Positions 8,787 through 18,954 of a stretch of DNA of 64,000 nt are shown here, piece after piece (within the stretch, counting starts at the first letter, position 1; every line of letters starts with the position of its first letter). Location: IMG/VR virus record IMGVR_UViG_3300049847_000416, positions 1 through 64,000 of that record. One strand, written 5' to 3'. The stretch is from a virus. The notes below the pieces were generated by a model. That model had not been told where the DNA came from, searched no databases, and was given only the letters and a program-made list of their open reading frames with translations. The translations under genes were made by a program, and so were the position numbers.

Positions 8787-10216
8787 TTCTTGCGACCTTT
8801 CTTTTTCGGCGAGTCGGCGGCAGCTTCCGCCTTTTTCATACTAGCACTCACGGCGTACTGTTGGGTGAGGTTGTTGTCAAAAAACGTACTTAGATCGAGG
8901 TTTCCGACCACCTGGACCGGTTTGCCTTGCGGGATGATCTTACTGCGCATCACACTCAAGGTGCGACTATGATGCCCGTTTGGCTCGGCTTCCTCCACGT
9001 AGGCCCCGTACCCAATGGACAAGGCTATGTCCACAGTGCGGATAACACCCTTGGCTTCCGCGATATCGCTGGGTTCCAACATCATTTTCTTGAGCGCCTT
9101 TTCTTCCAGCGTGGACTGACAGGCAGTCCACAACAGCAAGTTCTCGCCAGTCGCGACCTCGCGCAACTCGGAGGAGATGAGTTGCAGGTCTTCGTGCCGC
9201 TTCTCCAGGGGACGGCCCCGGTTGTTCGACATTTCACCCAGGTAGTCTACGACGCACACGTCGAACTTCACACCCAGGGCGGATTCTTGCCGGCGGATCT
9301 CTTCCCGGATCTGGCTGCTACTCCACTTCTGGCCCGACGCTGGCACAAACTGGATGACCGCGTTACTGCCCACTAGAGCGCGGCGCTGCGCTACAGCGGC
9401 CCGAATTTGGGTCAAGCGCTCCCGGTGTTCCGTCGGCAACATCTTGTCAGCCTGCGGATACTCTATCTTCGAGAGAAACGCGGCAGAACGCTGCTGGACA
9501 GTGTCTTCCGTGTCCTCAAACGAAAAGTGGATGACGTTCCTCCGCATGAACCAGTAGCCCCACGACAAGTTCAGCAGCAGGAAGGACTTGCCAGATTTTG
9601 TGGGACCGACAATCACGCTGTACTTGGGCTTGGTCAGGCCCCGGCCCAGCAAGGTGTCAAACAGAAATATACCCGAGTACAGGATACTCCGCCAGTCTTG
9701 CGCTTCCGTGTTGTCCAAAAACGCCAAGAGGTTGTCCACACCAGGAACAACCGCAACGCGTGGCTCTGTCTTGGCGACCAACGACGCATATAGGTCCATG
9801 CTGGCACCCAGAGCCGTCAGCTTTACTTCTGGGTTCTCCAGATCCGCCCGAAGCCTAGCCTTGACAAAGTTGGTTTGGAGTCCCTGAACAATTTCTCGCA
9901 TCGTGTCAGGAGCTACCAACTCGGCAGTAGACAGCGCGTTCGCATAGCCTTGCGCCGCTTTCCATTTCGCGGAACTGTACGCGTTGGCTTGAGCGTAGTT
10001 TGACAGTAGGGCGCGTAGTGCCGAAACCCCTAACGCTTGTTGGTGTGTCTTGCCATAATCAATGGCCCGAAACAGGATTTCACGCTTGTGGTTGGTGAAA
10101 TCACCACTCATCGCCAGGAACAAATCGGCGTTGAGTAGTTCGGGGTACGTTTGGACGAACGCGTCACTCCGCACTATGTGAGCCAGCAAGAAATCTAGTG
10201 TTTCTAGTTCAGGCAT
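8783..10216 (-). CDS. DnaB-like replicative helicase
   Basis: Walker A GPTKSGKS, HFSFE, Walker B VVDYL, WTACQ. Confidence 0.88.
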   Translation of the reverse strand: MPELETLDFLLAHIVRSDAFVQTYPELLNADLFLAMSGDFTNHKREILFRAIDYGKTHQQALGVSALRALLSNYAQANAYSSAKWKAAQGYANALSTAELVAPDTMREIVQGLQTNFVKARLRADLENPEVKLTALGASMDLYASLVAKTEPRVAVVPGVDNLLAFLDNTEAQDWRSILYSGIFLFDTLLGRGLTKPKYSVIVGPTKSGKSFLLLNLSWGYWFMRRNVIHFSFEDTEDTVQQRSAAFLSKIEYPQADKMLPTEHRERLTQIRAAVAQRRALVGSNAVIQFVPASGQKWSSSQIREEIRRQESALGVKFDVCVVDYLGEMSNNRGRPLEKRHEDLQLISSELREVATGENLLLWTACQSTLEEKALKKMMLEPSDIAEAKGVIRTVDIALSIGYGAYVEEAEPNGHHSRTLSVMRSKIIPQGKPVQVVGNLDLSTFFDNNLTQQYAVSASMKKAEAAADSPKKKGRKK

Positions 10217-10706
10217 TCGCCCACTTTTCCACTGCCATACTGATCTGGTTGTAGAGGTCTGTCCGTGCCTGCATGGCGGCTTGCACTGACTGCTGATACT
10301 GGTGGTGAGCCACGTCAGCAGACTGCCCGGAAACCAACGTGTCGGCGAAGTCTACGGGTGTGGAGAGGCGAGCTTCCAAGGTGCCAGACTTCAGCAGGTT
10401 CTGGACCACGACACTCACTACCCTCGAATTCGTCAATTGGGCGATGCTCAGGCCCAGCCCGGCGTTCGTGCGAAACGCATAGTGTCCCCGGATCTCGGCC
10501 ACCAGCCGGAGCACTGGAATGTTGAGCGCGTGGGCAATGGAAAACAAGAGAAACGCCCGGATCCGCGTGTCTGCTGTCTGCGCTGAGGCCAAGTTCGTAC
10601 TGTACTTTCGATCAATCGCTGTGAGAACGTGTGTGGCACAACGCATCATGTGCTGATACTGCGCGGTGGCCGTTCTCTCAGAGACCACGTTGGAATGTCG
10701 GACCAT
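10209..10706 (-). CDS. hypothetical protein, first gene of the replication operon
   Basis: ORF preceded by TGGTATACT 6 nt upstream of the ATG. Confidence 0.65.
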   Translation of the reverse strand: MVRHSNVVSERTATAQYQHMMRCATHVLTAIDRKYSTNLASAQTADTRIRAFLLFSIAHALNIPVLRLVAEIRGHYAFRTNAGLGLSIAQLTNSRVVSVVVQNLLKSGTLEARLSTPVDFADTLVSGQSADVAHHQYQQSVQAAMQARTDLYNQISMAVEKWANA

Positions 10707-10712
10707 GCTTAG

Positions 10713-10721
10713 AGTATACCA
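10713..10721 (-). promoter_or_regulatory. extended -10 promoter (TGGTATACT), leaderless
   Basis: TGnTATACT followed by 6 nt and the ATG at 10706. Confidence 0.7.
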
Positions 10722-10742
10722 TGAGCCCTACGTTATAGCACG

Positions 10743-10778
10743 AAAAAGAGAACGGCCCCGGAAGAAAACCGGGGCCGT
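10743..10778 (-). terminator. Rho-independent terminator
   Basis: ACGGCCCCGG-loop-CCGGGGCCGT followed by TCTCTTTTT. Confidence 0.8.
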
Positions 10779-10821
10779 CAACCACAGGAGAGAGAGAGAG
10801 AGAACTAACGACTGAACAATT

Positions 10822-11424
10822 CTAGGATACCACAGCCCTCGGAATGCTGTCAAGGGGGGCCAAAGTGCCCATCCACCCGAGGACTTTGTTTTGGTGTTGG
10901 GTAATCTGTATCTGGAGTTGAACGCTTGATCCATCCAGCAAGACCGCTGAACACAACCAGGTAGAGTTGGTGCGGACCGCGTCTGCCCAGTCTTCACGGA
11001 GATCCGTCGAGTTCTTGAAGGCACCCAACCAGCCGCTGCCCTTGTAATCTAGCCGCTCCAAGCGGAGGCGCTCAAGCGCCGGCTGGTTGATCCACGTACA
11101 CTGCCCTTCCCGATCAAAGAGTAAGACTGGGGTGGTAGCTTGGTTGGTGGTCAACTTGACCAACTGGGAAATGAACATCACTTCATCGTGCGAGCGAGTT
11201 ATCGCATCGCGCATGGAACTCCCGCCGTTCGGCTGTATTTCTTTTTCCATTGCAGTGATACGTTGTTGAATATCGTCGATCTTGGCAAACCGGGCTGCGA
11301 TCCCGGAAAGCTTGTTGTGGACGACAAGTAGATGACTGGCCACTACCGTCACCCCGCCGGCGATAGCGGAGTAGTCGGAGAGCCACCCGGAGATTGTAGA
11401 CAGGTCCAGTGTCAATTTCTGCAA
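10822..11424 (-). CDS. membrane-anchored PAS-domain protein (holin-like N-terminus)
   Basis: Hydrophobic N-terminus, coiled coil, PNGGSSMRDAI motif, then PAS-like PVLLFDREGQCTWIN...YKGSGWLGAF...W. Confidence 0.6.
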   Translation of the reverse strand: MQKLTLDLSTISGWLSDYSAIAGGVTVVASHLLVVHNKLSGIAARFAKIDDIQQRITAMEKEIQPNGGSSMRDAITRSHDEVMFISQLVKLTTNQATTPVLLFDREGQCTWINQPALERLRLERLDYKGSGWLGAFKNSTDLREDWADAVRTNSTWLCSAVLLDGSSVQLQIQITQHQNKVLGWMGTLAPLDSIPRAVVS

Positions 11425-11525
11425 GTTCCTTTAACAAATGGGGCGGGCAGACAATAACTGATGTCTAACCCGCCCCTGGCTTAGATGTGGATCACCCCCT
11501 TAAGACAGGAAGGACATACCCACTT

Positions 11526-14051
11526 TTATGATCGTAGGCTGGAAGCCGCTACGTTCCAAACGCGCTTGGCTTCCGCCACGGGATCTTTGTAGCTGTCTAC
11601 CACAATCTCCTGGTATGGATAGGTAGCTTGCACATGTTTCCGGCGATTGTGTGCGGATATCGCGAACGGGTGCGGCAACGAGATGCCGTACCGGCCCGGT
11701 GGGGACGTTAGAGCCACGTCGAAATACACGGCGTAGGGCTTTGTTTCGTGGAGCCGCATCAATCGGCCAATGGACTGGATCGTACCTTCCCAGTTGCCTT
11801 GAGACACGCCGACGCCGGCACTCAGGGTGTGCACAGACGCGCCCTTCGCAAACGTAGCATTGGTGGCTACCAGAACGTCTTCGGTCTTTGTCGCCGACAT
11901 CTCTTTGCGCTTACTGTACCGCCGCGATTTCGATATCCGGCCCGAGTGCTCAAATGGATGCAGGCCATACGGACGCAGTGCCGCACAGACTCGGCTAATG
12001 TGCTCGCGGTAGTGGCAGAACACGACTGGAGAAAATTTCTCCAGACTCAGTTGAAACGTCAGTTCCGCAGTGAAAGCGTGGAGCCACTCATTTTCCATGA
12101 TGTACTTTTTGTGGAGGTCCAGGGGTCGCAGATCGCCATCCGTTGCCACCACCATAGGAATGCTGACACCAAAAGTAAGCACCTTAGTAACGACTTTCGC
12201 CGCCAGGGCTTCCCCAGGAGTGTAGTAAATGATTTCAGGACTTGAGAGTAATTGAAGAAGTTGGCCTTTCTTATAGGGTTTATCGAGATCAAACGTGCCC
12301 GTCAGACCGAACACGACTTTGGGTTCTACCGCGTGCACAGCACGCAGAGCCCTTGCATTTATCTGAGTATGTACTTCGTCAACAAACACAACGTCGGCTC
12401 CCTGAAGGAGCTTTGCGGCTTTGGTGTGTGAACTCTGAAACAAGCAGACCGTCACCCGCTGAACGTCGTGCTTACCGGCCCCAACGAGCCCCACCGGCTC
12501 CTGGAGAACTCGCTGAAGGTCGTCACGCGTCTGCTGGCCCAAAAGTTGGTCGTCTACGAAGAATACAGCACGACCTTTCAACTGCCGGCAGTAGTGGCCA
12601 GCGATGAACGTGTTGTGTGTCAGGATGCAGTGATCCGTAACATACAAGCGATCAGGTGCCGCTACACGGATGCACTGCTGCTCCACGTCTCTCACGTACT
12701 CAACGGATATAACTGGACGTTGCGGTTCAGCACACTTTCCCCTGACTTTAGCGGCTATGAGGGCTTTGCGCACAAGACGGAATGGAGCAATCGCTGTTGG
12801 CAACTTCAGTACCAACTCGTATTCCACGCTCTTGCGCACGTACTGCTTATCACCAACCCTGTAGGTCTGGCCACGCCGGTCGTAAGACCTAACGCGCACC
12901 GATCCTCCGAGCCCCTCAACAAGCTCTGACACTTGCTGCACTAGGGGCTCCACACACGTGGAAAAGCTGAGAGACCCGCTGGACTTAGAGATGGTACCAT
13001 CTGCATCCATGAGGCCCTGCAACAGGGCAACACGGAAGGCAGGAGAAGCGTGGAGAGCTTCCCGAGGAATGTGCTTGTACTCAGCGTCCTCCCGACTAAA
13101 GTGGGTCCACACATACTGCTGTAGCTCAAGTCCGGGAGCAAACCGGTGAGAACGGGTTCCCTTAGGCGTGTACCCGTCAGTAGCGCTACTGAACTGATTC
13201 TTCACGTCGTCCGCATCACGGGAGTCACAGTAGATAACCACTTGGCAGTTTCGGTTAGTTAACAAAGACCCGTTCCCGATGAAGTACCCGAGTTCGTAGC
13301 CAGAGATTCCTGCGGGGTCTGCACCCGCGAACTCCACAGGAGCAGAGAGCATGGGGATGCGATCTTTCCACACGAGTCTGTTTGTGGCGTTCAACACGGC
13401 TGGTCGCAGATCCTGTGTGCGGACGGTGTGGTACCGTCCAGTACTAGAGCGCTCAACCGTCCATAAGTGATCGGCCCCTGCCTCGACTGAAGCACCGTCT
13501 CCAAATGTAACACGGTAGGCAGGCTTGACACCTTGAGGGTAGATAGCCAGCACCTGGGTGGGCTTTCCGTTGCTCCCGACTACGTAGTCCCCGACCTTCA
13601 GCGCCCCCATGGTCGTCCAACCTTCCGGGGTGAGAATAGGCGTGTCTACTGGCTGCTCTTTGCCACTGCTGGTGGAGGCTAGGATGAGACCACCCCAACC
13701 CATCCGCCCGTCAATCATCTCAGTCAGAATCTCATGCTGCTTACCGACAAGCTGGCTAGGGTCTAAGCCATCCATGGTGACATCGGGTGGAGTGCGCGTA
13801 TCTTCCCACCCGGTGTAGTACTCCATGATCGCGTCGTAGTGGTGCAGAAACGTCGCTGTGGGGATCTCGTCCCTGTGCACCGGAACAATCGGAGGGACAG
13901 GCCGCTCACTCTTGTAAACGTGCTTCATTTTGTACTCTTCCGGCGTATCTGGGTACGACAAACGCATGTGCAGCCGGTCATCATGTTGCACCAAGTCCGA
14001 TAGACCCGGCACGAACGTAAGCATGTTGCCGATTTGGACCATGGACGACAT
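11526..14051 (-). CDS. superfamily 2 helicase (UvsW-like) containing an intein
   Basis: STSSGK[intein]T, VFVDEVH, GLTGT, QSIGRLMR; start coupled by TGATG overlap at 14051. Confidence 0.88.
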   Translation of the reverse strand: MSSMVQIGNMLTFVPGLSDLVQHDDRLHMRLSYPDTPEEYKMKHVYKSERPVPPIVPVHRDEIPTATFLHHYDAIMEYYTGWEDTRTPPDVTMDGLDPSQLVGKQHEILTEMIDGRMGWGGLILASTSSGKEQPVDTPILTPEGWTTMGALKVGDYVVGSNGKPTQVLAIYPQGVKPAYRVTFGDGASVEAGADHLWTVERSSTGRYHTVRTQDLRPAVLNATNRLVWKDRIPMLSAPVEFAGADPAGISGYELGYFIGNGSLLTNRNCQVVIYCDSRDADDVKNQFSSATDGYTPKGTRSHRFAPGLELQQYVWTHFSREDAEYKHIPREALHASPAFRVALLQGLMDADGTISKSSGSLSFSTCVEPLVQQVSELVEGLGGSVRVRSYDRRGQTYRVGDKQYVRKSVEYELVLKLPTAIAPFRLVRKALIAAKVRGKCAEPQRPVISVEYVRDVEQQCIRVAAPDRLYVTDHCILTHNTFIAGHYCRQLKGRAVFFVDDQLLGQQTRDDLQRVLQEPVGLVGAGKHDVQRVTVCLFQSSHTKAAKLLQGADVVFVDEVHTQINARALRAVHAVEPKVVFGLTGTFDLDKPYKKGQLLQLLSSPEIIYYTPGEALAAKVVTKVLTFGVSIPMVVATDGDLRPLDLHKKYIMENEWLHAFTAELTFQLSLEKFSPVVFCHYREHISRVCAALRPYGLHPFEHSGRISKSRRYSKRKEMSATKTEDVLVATNATFAKGASVHTLSAGVGVSQGNWEGTIQSIGRLMRLHETKPYAVYFDVALTSPPGRYGISLPHPFAISAHNRRKHVQATYPYQEIVVDSYKDPVAEAKRVWNVAASSLRS
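12612..13658 (-). mobile_element. class 3 intein with LAGLIDADG endonuclease (349 aa) in the helicase P-loop
   Basis: Begins EQPVDTPILTP; block B DHLW; block F QQCIRV; ends ILTHN/T (WCT triplet); endonuclease motifs LGYFIGNG and LQGLMDADG. Confidence 0.9.
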
Positions 14052-15277
14052 CAGCCACCCACCTTTGTGCGGCTGCTGAAGTAGGATACGCCCCCCGTTT
14101 CGCGAGCGGTGTGTAACCGAACGATGTACAGTCCCGATGCGTCCGTAGGACCATCTGTCTCGAAACCAAACACGTAGGGGAATCCGACCGACACGAATTG
14201 TGACTCCAACCAATCAACTGAGGTGTACGGGTTCTTTGGGAACACAAGATCGTAATTGAAGTAGTCCCCGGTCATGGTTTTCCAGGGACTGAAGAACGTA
14301 GCGGACCGGGCTGGGTCCGACACAACGCCACGGATCCGGGTAGGCGTGGCCGTCGTCGCCTTGGCGGTCACTCTGATAGACAATGCGTGGATCGGTCCCA
14401 CCGGCGTGCACTTGTCGATCCCAAAGAGCGCCAGGCCTTGGCCTGAGATCAGGGCATGGTTGTCTGTGATGTTGGGGTAGGAAGGCCCCCAGGGGGCTAC
14501 ATTCCGCGCTCGCAGCACGCCGCCCACGCGTGGGGGCTCCTGGGTGGCCAGAAAGGGCCACTGAAAGGTTGGTGTCCACCCGGTTACCTGCACGTCCGCA
14601 GTTTCCCAGGGTGCAATCAGAGCGACCGAAACTCTACCGTAGTCTACATTAAAGTCGCTGGCTGCATAGAAGTGTGCCACCGCAACGCCTGCGCTGCCGA
14701 AGTTTTCCAACTCGTGCACGGTCATGCTGTTGTACAGTGGGGTATTGGCCCAGCATTGGGCGTTGACGGTTGCAAACAGTACCCGGTTCCGGTAGATACG
14801 GACCCGATTGTTTGGAGCATCCACTTTCAGATCGAGATGTACCCAAGTTGGGGTGGACGACGGCCCGCTGTCCAAAAAGAAATTCGGCGGGGAGGTATAG
14901 ATGATCGTCCCAGAGAACTGCCCACCCGGTCGTCCGACGTACAGTTCCAGCCGGCGGTCAGGCGTAACCGCCAGGGCCAGGGACTGCACGTTGTTGTAAC
15001 TCAGGTGAGAGAACACGGTGCGGAGATTCCAGGATCCCGACAGGTTGATGGGGGCGCACCACATGCCCCAGTCCACCACCCCACTGGCGACGGTGTCGTA
15101 CCCGTTCGTATTGAAAAACGACTGTCCAAAGCCCGAGTTGAACACGAGGATGCCCTGCTGCAAGTACTGCCCGGCCTGCGGAAAAGCATCCTGTGTAAAA
15201 GTGAACTGCGTGAACCCAATGTTCCCGTATTGCAGGGACATGTTGGAGGTCGTCGAGAACGAGTCAAAGTACAGCAC
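14051..15277 (-). CDS. putative virion/tail protein with LamG/lectin-like beta domain
   Basis: Beta-rich; WVHLDLKV...RVRIYRN and NPYTSVDW segments resemble 17947..18951. Confidence 0.5.
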   Translation of the reverse strand: MLYFDSFSTTSNMSLQYGNIGFTQFTFTQDAFPQAGQYLQQGILVFNSGFGQSFFNTNGYDTVASGVVDWGMWCAPINLSGSWNLRTVFSHLSYNNVQSLALAVTPDRRLELYVGRPGGQFSGTIIYTSPPNFFLDSGPSSTPTWVHLDLKVDAPNNRVRIYRNRVLFATVNAQCWANTPLYNSMTVHELENFGSAGVAVAHFYAASDFNVDYGRVSVALIAPWETADVQVTGWTPTFQWPFLATQEPPRVGGVLRARNVAPWGPSYPNITDNHALISGQGLALFGIDKCTPVGPIHALSIRVTAKATTATPTRIRGVVSDPARSATFFSPWKTMTGDYFNYDLVFPKNPYTSVDWLESQFVSVGFPYVFGFETDGPTDASGLYIVRLHTARETGGVSYFSSRTKVGG

Positions 15278-15283
15278 GTGTTC

Positions 15284-15292
15284 AGTATAGCA
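15284..15292 (-). promoter_or_regulatory. extended -10 promoter (TGCTATACT), leaderless
   Basis: 6 nt upstream of GTG 15277; CGTGCTATACTGAA is identical to the site at 60604. Confidence 0.65.
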
Positions 15293-15297
15293 CGCTG

Positions 15298-17943
15298 CTA
15301 TACGAAGCCACGTAGCACGACCGAAACGTCGGTCACCGCATTGGAACTGATTTGAACGATGTCGATGGTTATCAGATCACCCTCGAACAAATTGGACTGA
15401 AGCCAGGGGCCACCATAAGTAAGCAGAGTGCCACCCAAGTTCCCCACTGGGATTTCCACAGGGTACTGATTGATGAGCAGGCCATTGCGCTTCAGATTGA
15501 ATTTCACCGACGCGCCAGAGACGGCAGTTGCAGACTTGAATGTAACCGCGATATCCCGGACGGACACAGACTTCTGCCGTACTGGGAAGGCGTTCGTAAC
15601 ATTCACGCCCACCTCGATGCCCGTATTGGCTACCGACGGAGACGAGGACGCCGCCAAGTTGAACATAGCCACGTCCGTGGACGGCTTGGACTGGTTGGAC
15701 AGCCGCTTAATGAGACGCGAGAACGCAGCGATTCCGTCGCGTTGAGCGATGGTGTTCGAGACTTTCAAGGAAGTCCGCAGCAGGGTCATTGCCTCTTCCC
15801 TCCACGACATGGACTCCACCTTGTACAGTGTATCGGTCAAGATGTTCAACTTAGGCAGATTCACCATGCAGGACTGACCGGGATCCCAGTCCACTGTGTC
15901 GGTGTCGAATGTGATCTCGCTACCCATGCGGTTGTAACGTGCCAGCAACGCCTGCGCATACTGGAGCACCACTGCCGCATCCGTGTAGGTAGAGAAGTCT
16001 TCCACAGCTTCGTAGATGCCCGTGCCGAAGCCTTCGATACTCTGCCGAAGCGCGATCTCTGTTGGATCCGAGATCAGATCTGGAGGTGGTGAGCCGCTGG
16101 GGATCTCGATCACCACAGTCAATACGTCGCCGGCTTTCGGCCAATTGAAACTGGGTGTCAGAACGTCATACAGCAACTGAATGGTGTTGTTGCTCATCAC
16201 AGTCCATTTGTATGACGCAGGGGCCGGATCGCCAACCACATAAAACGGCTGAGGTACGCCGTTGAGACGGATCTCCACAATGCGTTGCACCTGTCCATCG
16301 TACGTGGTGTCGATCAGGAATGGAGCCCGCACGTTGGTGCCGCTCCCATCGACGAAAGTGTTGAGTTGCCACTGCTTGAAAAACGGGGTGGCTTCATCTA
16401 CACCAGCATTGTAGGTCAGGGTCAGCGTGTTCGACTGCACGGCAAAGATACCGGAGATACGTTGCTGGTTCCGGTACAATGCTCTGCTCTGCAACACTTT
16501 CAAATCCCGGAAAATTTCGGACTGCGGTCCTACTGTGACTTCGCGCACGTCAAACGGTGCAGCGGTGACGGCGGACGGCAGATCAAAGATACGCACATTG
16601 CGGTCGTTGTCTACCCGGAGATTGTAGTTCGTGAGGTTAGCCAGGTTCTGTAGGGCTTCAAGCAACGTAATGTTGTTGAATTCCACATCACCTGTCATCG
16701 CTACGTCTACCGGTGCATCTACCCACGTGAGCCCTTCAGGCGTGAGATAGTGCACGGCGATGTCTTGCATGATGGCGTTCAATGTCGGGAACTGCAAACG
16801 CGGGTACTTCGCCTTGATCACGCGGCGTTGCAGTGTGTAGTCGAATCCCGACAGGTTGATGTCGAACTTGACCTCGCTGGTAACGTCAGACTGGTAGCTC
16901 GATGCCACCTCATAGATCTGTCCCGCAAACTGCTTAACCCACTTGTTCGTGCGGTGTGGCATATCGCAGTAGTCCCCATCGTAATACCAGATGACTACGG
17001 GCATCCCGACTTCGGGGAAGAAAGGCATCGGCGGAACAAAGTCGGCACTCACAATCTGGTGGTCCACCGTCGCGCCAGCCAAGTGAGACGCGGGGGTGGA
17101 ACTGTAGTAACCAGGAGTGACAGAGAGCACGTTTCCAACACGCGCGTACACCCAGAAGTATTCGTTGTCCACCTTAACCAGGAAGTTATCGGAGGGGAAC
17201 GTCGCCGCGCTCACGACCGTCATAGTGGGATTCCCCACCGTGAAAGGCAGTGCCAACGTCGTGCGGTGTGTCGGAAAATTGTAGATAGCGTTCGGACGAT
17301 TCTTTACCTGAAACAACGTCATCCGCGCACGGGGAGTGAAGTTGAGTTGGACATCGCCTGACGCCGAGTTGGGAGCCACCCACTTGGTAAACTCCACACC
17401 CTTCACGTAAAACTTGAACCGCGTCTGGGTGGCTGGATCAAAGATGGCTCCGCCTTCACCCATGCGGATACGGAGTTTGAGACTCGTGTTACCCAGGGCA
17501 ACCGGAATGATCTCTGCGCCAGTGCCTTGCCGGATACGGAGGTTCTCCGAGACCAGAAGCTGGGCCGTCGGTCCAGCGAAGGTTCCGGTGTTTGGAACAT
17601 ACTCGACAACCAGCGTGTTTTGGACGGTGGCGGTTGGCGAGAGAAGCAGGGTCGTTCCCGGCTGGGGCACATACTCGACCACCAACGTGTTTTGAACGGT
17701 AGCAATGTACGCCACCTGAGAAAAGGTGGTAGAAAAGATCTGAGAAACGCGCCCTCGAACCGCATTCGCCGCCGCGCTGGAAAGCACTTCAGACGCGAAA
17801 ATCTCCGACGCCCGAGCGAGCGGGGTTGTACCCGTACTCGCTACAGCCGTGGAGATAATGTCCGACACCCGAGCAGCAGGATCAGTGCTGCTCGATTGGA
17901 CGGACGTGTCAATTATTTGAGATACGAGAGCTTCATCAGCCAT
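15298..17943 (-). CDS. tail tip / baseplate hub protein
   Basis: 881 aa downstream of the tape measure; hub-like segment (FAGQI...LLEALQNLA...LRVDNDR); N-terminal repeat ATVQNTLVVEYVP x2. Confidence 0.65.
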   Translation of the reverse strand: MADEALVSQIIDTSVQSSSTDPAARVSDIISTAVASTGTTPLARASEIFASEVLSSAAANAVRGRVSQIFSTTFSQVAYIATVQNTLVVEYVPQPGTTLLLSPTATVQNTLVVEYVPNTGTFAGPTAQLLVSENLRIRQGTGAEIIPVALGNTSLKLRIRMGEGGAIFDPATQTRFKFYVKGVEFTKWVAPNSASGDVQLNFTPRARMTLFQVKNRPNAIYNFPTHRTTLALPFTVGNPTMTVVSAATFPSDNFLVKVDNEYFWVYARVGNVLSVTPGYYSSTPASHLAGATVDHQIVSADFVPPMPFFPEVGMPVVIWYYDGDYCDMPHRTNKWVKQFAGQIYEVASSYQSDVTSEVKFDINLSGFDYTLQRRVIKAKYPRLQFPTLNAIMQDIAVHYLTPEGLTWVDAPVDVAMTGDVEFNNITLLEALQNLANLTNYNLRVDNDRNVRIFDLPSAVTAAPFDVREVTVGPQSEIFRDLKVLQSRALYRNQQRISGIFAVQSNTLTLTYNAGVDEATPFFKQWQLNTFVDGSGTNVRAPFLIDTTYDGQVQRIVEIRLNGVPQPFYVVGDPAPASYKWTVMSNNTIQLLYDVLTPSFNWPKAGDVLTVVIEIPSGSPPPDLISDPTEIALRQSIEGFGTGIYEAVEDFSTYTDAAVVLQYAQALLARYNRMGSEITFDTDTVDWDPGQSCMVNLPKLNILTDTLYKVESMSWREEAMTLLRTSLKVSNTIAQRDGIAAFSRLIKRLSNQSKPSTDVAMFNLAASSSPSVANTGIEVGVNVTNAFPVRQKSVSVRDIAVTFKSATAVSGASVKFNLKRNGLLINQYPVEIPVGNLGGTLLTYGGPWLQSNLFEGDLITIDIVQISSNAVTDVSVVLRGFV

Positions 17944-17946
17944 GCG

Positions 17947-18951
17947 TTACACAGTGATTTCGTAACCGATTTCAGCCGCATTATAGGCAGCGGCGGTCCA
18001 GGGCAAGCCTGTGTTGGGATCCACCAGGAAGGTGGCCCGGACTTCCCCGTACGTGGATGCCAGATCAAGATCTGGGCTGAGACTGACCGTGGGACCGCTC
18101 TTGGTGACCAGCGCAATCTTTCTGGTGCCAGGGTCCACTTTGCGAGCGAACACCGTATTCTGTACAGCCTTGATAGACTGCCCAGTGATGAGGGTGAGCG
18201 GCGGCTTGGTAAACAGGTCCCGTGCCCCCACCGTGTTGGCCTGATTGTAGGAGCCATCAAAGTCGAAGTTGGGGAGAGGGTCATCCACTTCGGTGTAATT
18301 GTTGGGGCCAGCCAGCGGAGTCCATTGGATCGTGGACCCGTCGCCCGTAGGCAGCCGGTGGGTGCTGGTGATCTCACCTTCCCACGTGTTGTTGGCTGCA
18401 CCCGACGCGTCATTGAGGTACACGTCTTGGAAGAACTGACCGCTGTACCAACAGATGCGGTCAAAGTCAGAATACGCACCACCGTACGAGGTGTCTCCCA
18501 CGAACGTGATGATCGGCGTATTGTGCAATCGGACTTCAATCGTGCCGGCTGCATTGACCAGCAGGTGAGCTTCCAGGTAGTACCACTGGCTGTAAGCAAT
18601 GGGGGCCGTAGACGTAGCAATGATGGTGTTCGCATTGTTGAGAACAACCACAAACCCCGATGCGTTGATTCCCACCTGGTATAAGATGTTTGTGCTGTTC
18701 TGGAAGGTCAAGAATGTAGCCTGACTGCTCACAAAGCTCTGCAACGCCCACCCGACGTACCCTTCAGAGATAGGGGTAAACGCAAAGAACGTGTTCCCAT
18801 TTCCGGTGGGACCACCGGAGTACGTCCCAGGAAACCGGCCCGGTTGGCCCACAACCACTGAGGCCGAAATAGACCAGCCCGGCGCGGCGGTAACCGCGTA
18901 AGTCTGAAACGGGCTGGGGTACATGATGGAATCGAATAGGAGGTTCGCCAT
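17947..18951 (-). CDS. putative tail protein with LamG-like domain
   Basis: WYYLEAHL...GTIEVRL and DPNTGLPWT...EIG; located in the tail module. Confidence 0.55.
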   Translation of the reverse strand: MANLLFDSIMYPSPFQTYAVTAAPGWSISASVVVGQPGRFPGTYSGGPTGNGNTFFAFTPISEGYVGWALQSFVSSQATFLTFQNSTNILYQVGINASGFVVVLNNANTIIATSTAPIAYSQWYYLEAHLLVNAAGTIEVRLHNTPIITFVGDTSYGGAYSDFDRICWYSGQFFQDVYLNDASGAANNTWEGEITSTHRLPTGDGSTIQWTPLAGPNNYTEVDDPLPNFDFDGSYNQANTVGARDLFTKPPLTLITGQSIKAVQNTVFARKVDPGTRKIALVTKSGPTVSLSPDLDLASTYGEVRATFLVDPNTGLPWTAAAYNAAEIGYEITV

Positions 18952-18954
18952 GGG

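Noticed and set aside
10788-10803. (AG)n microsatellite
   Set aside because: Short, intergenic and upstream of a terminator; no evidence of phase variation.
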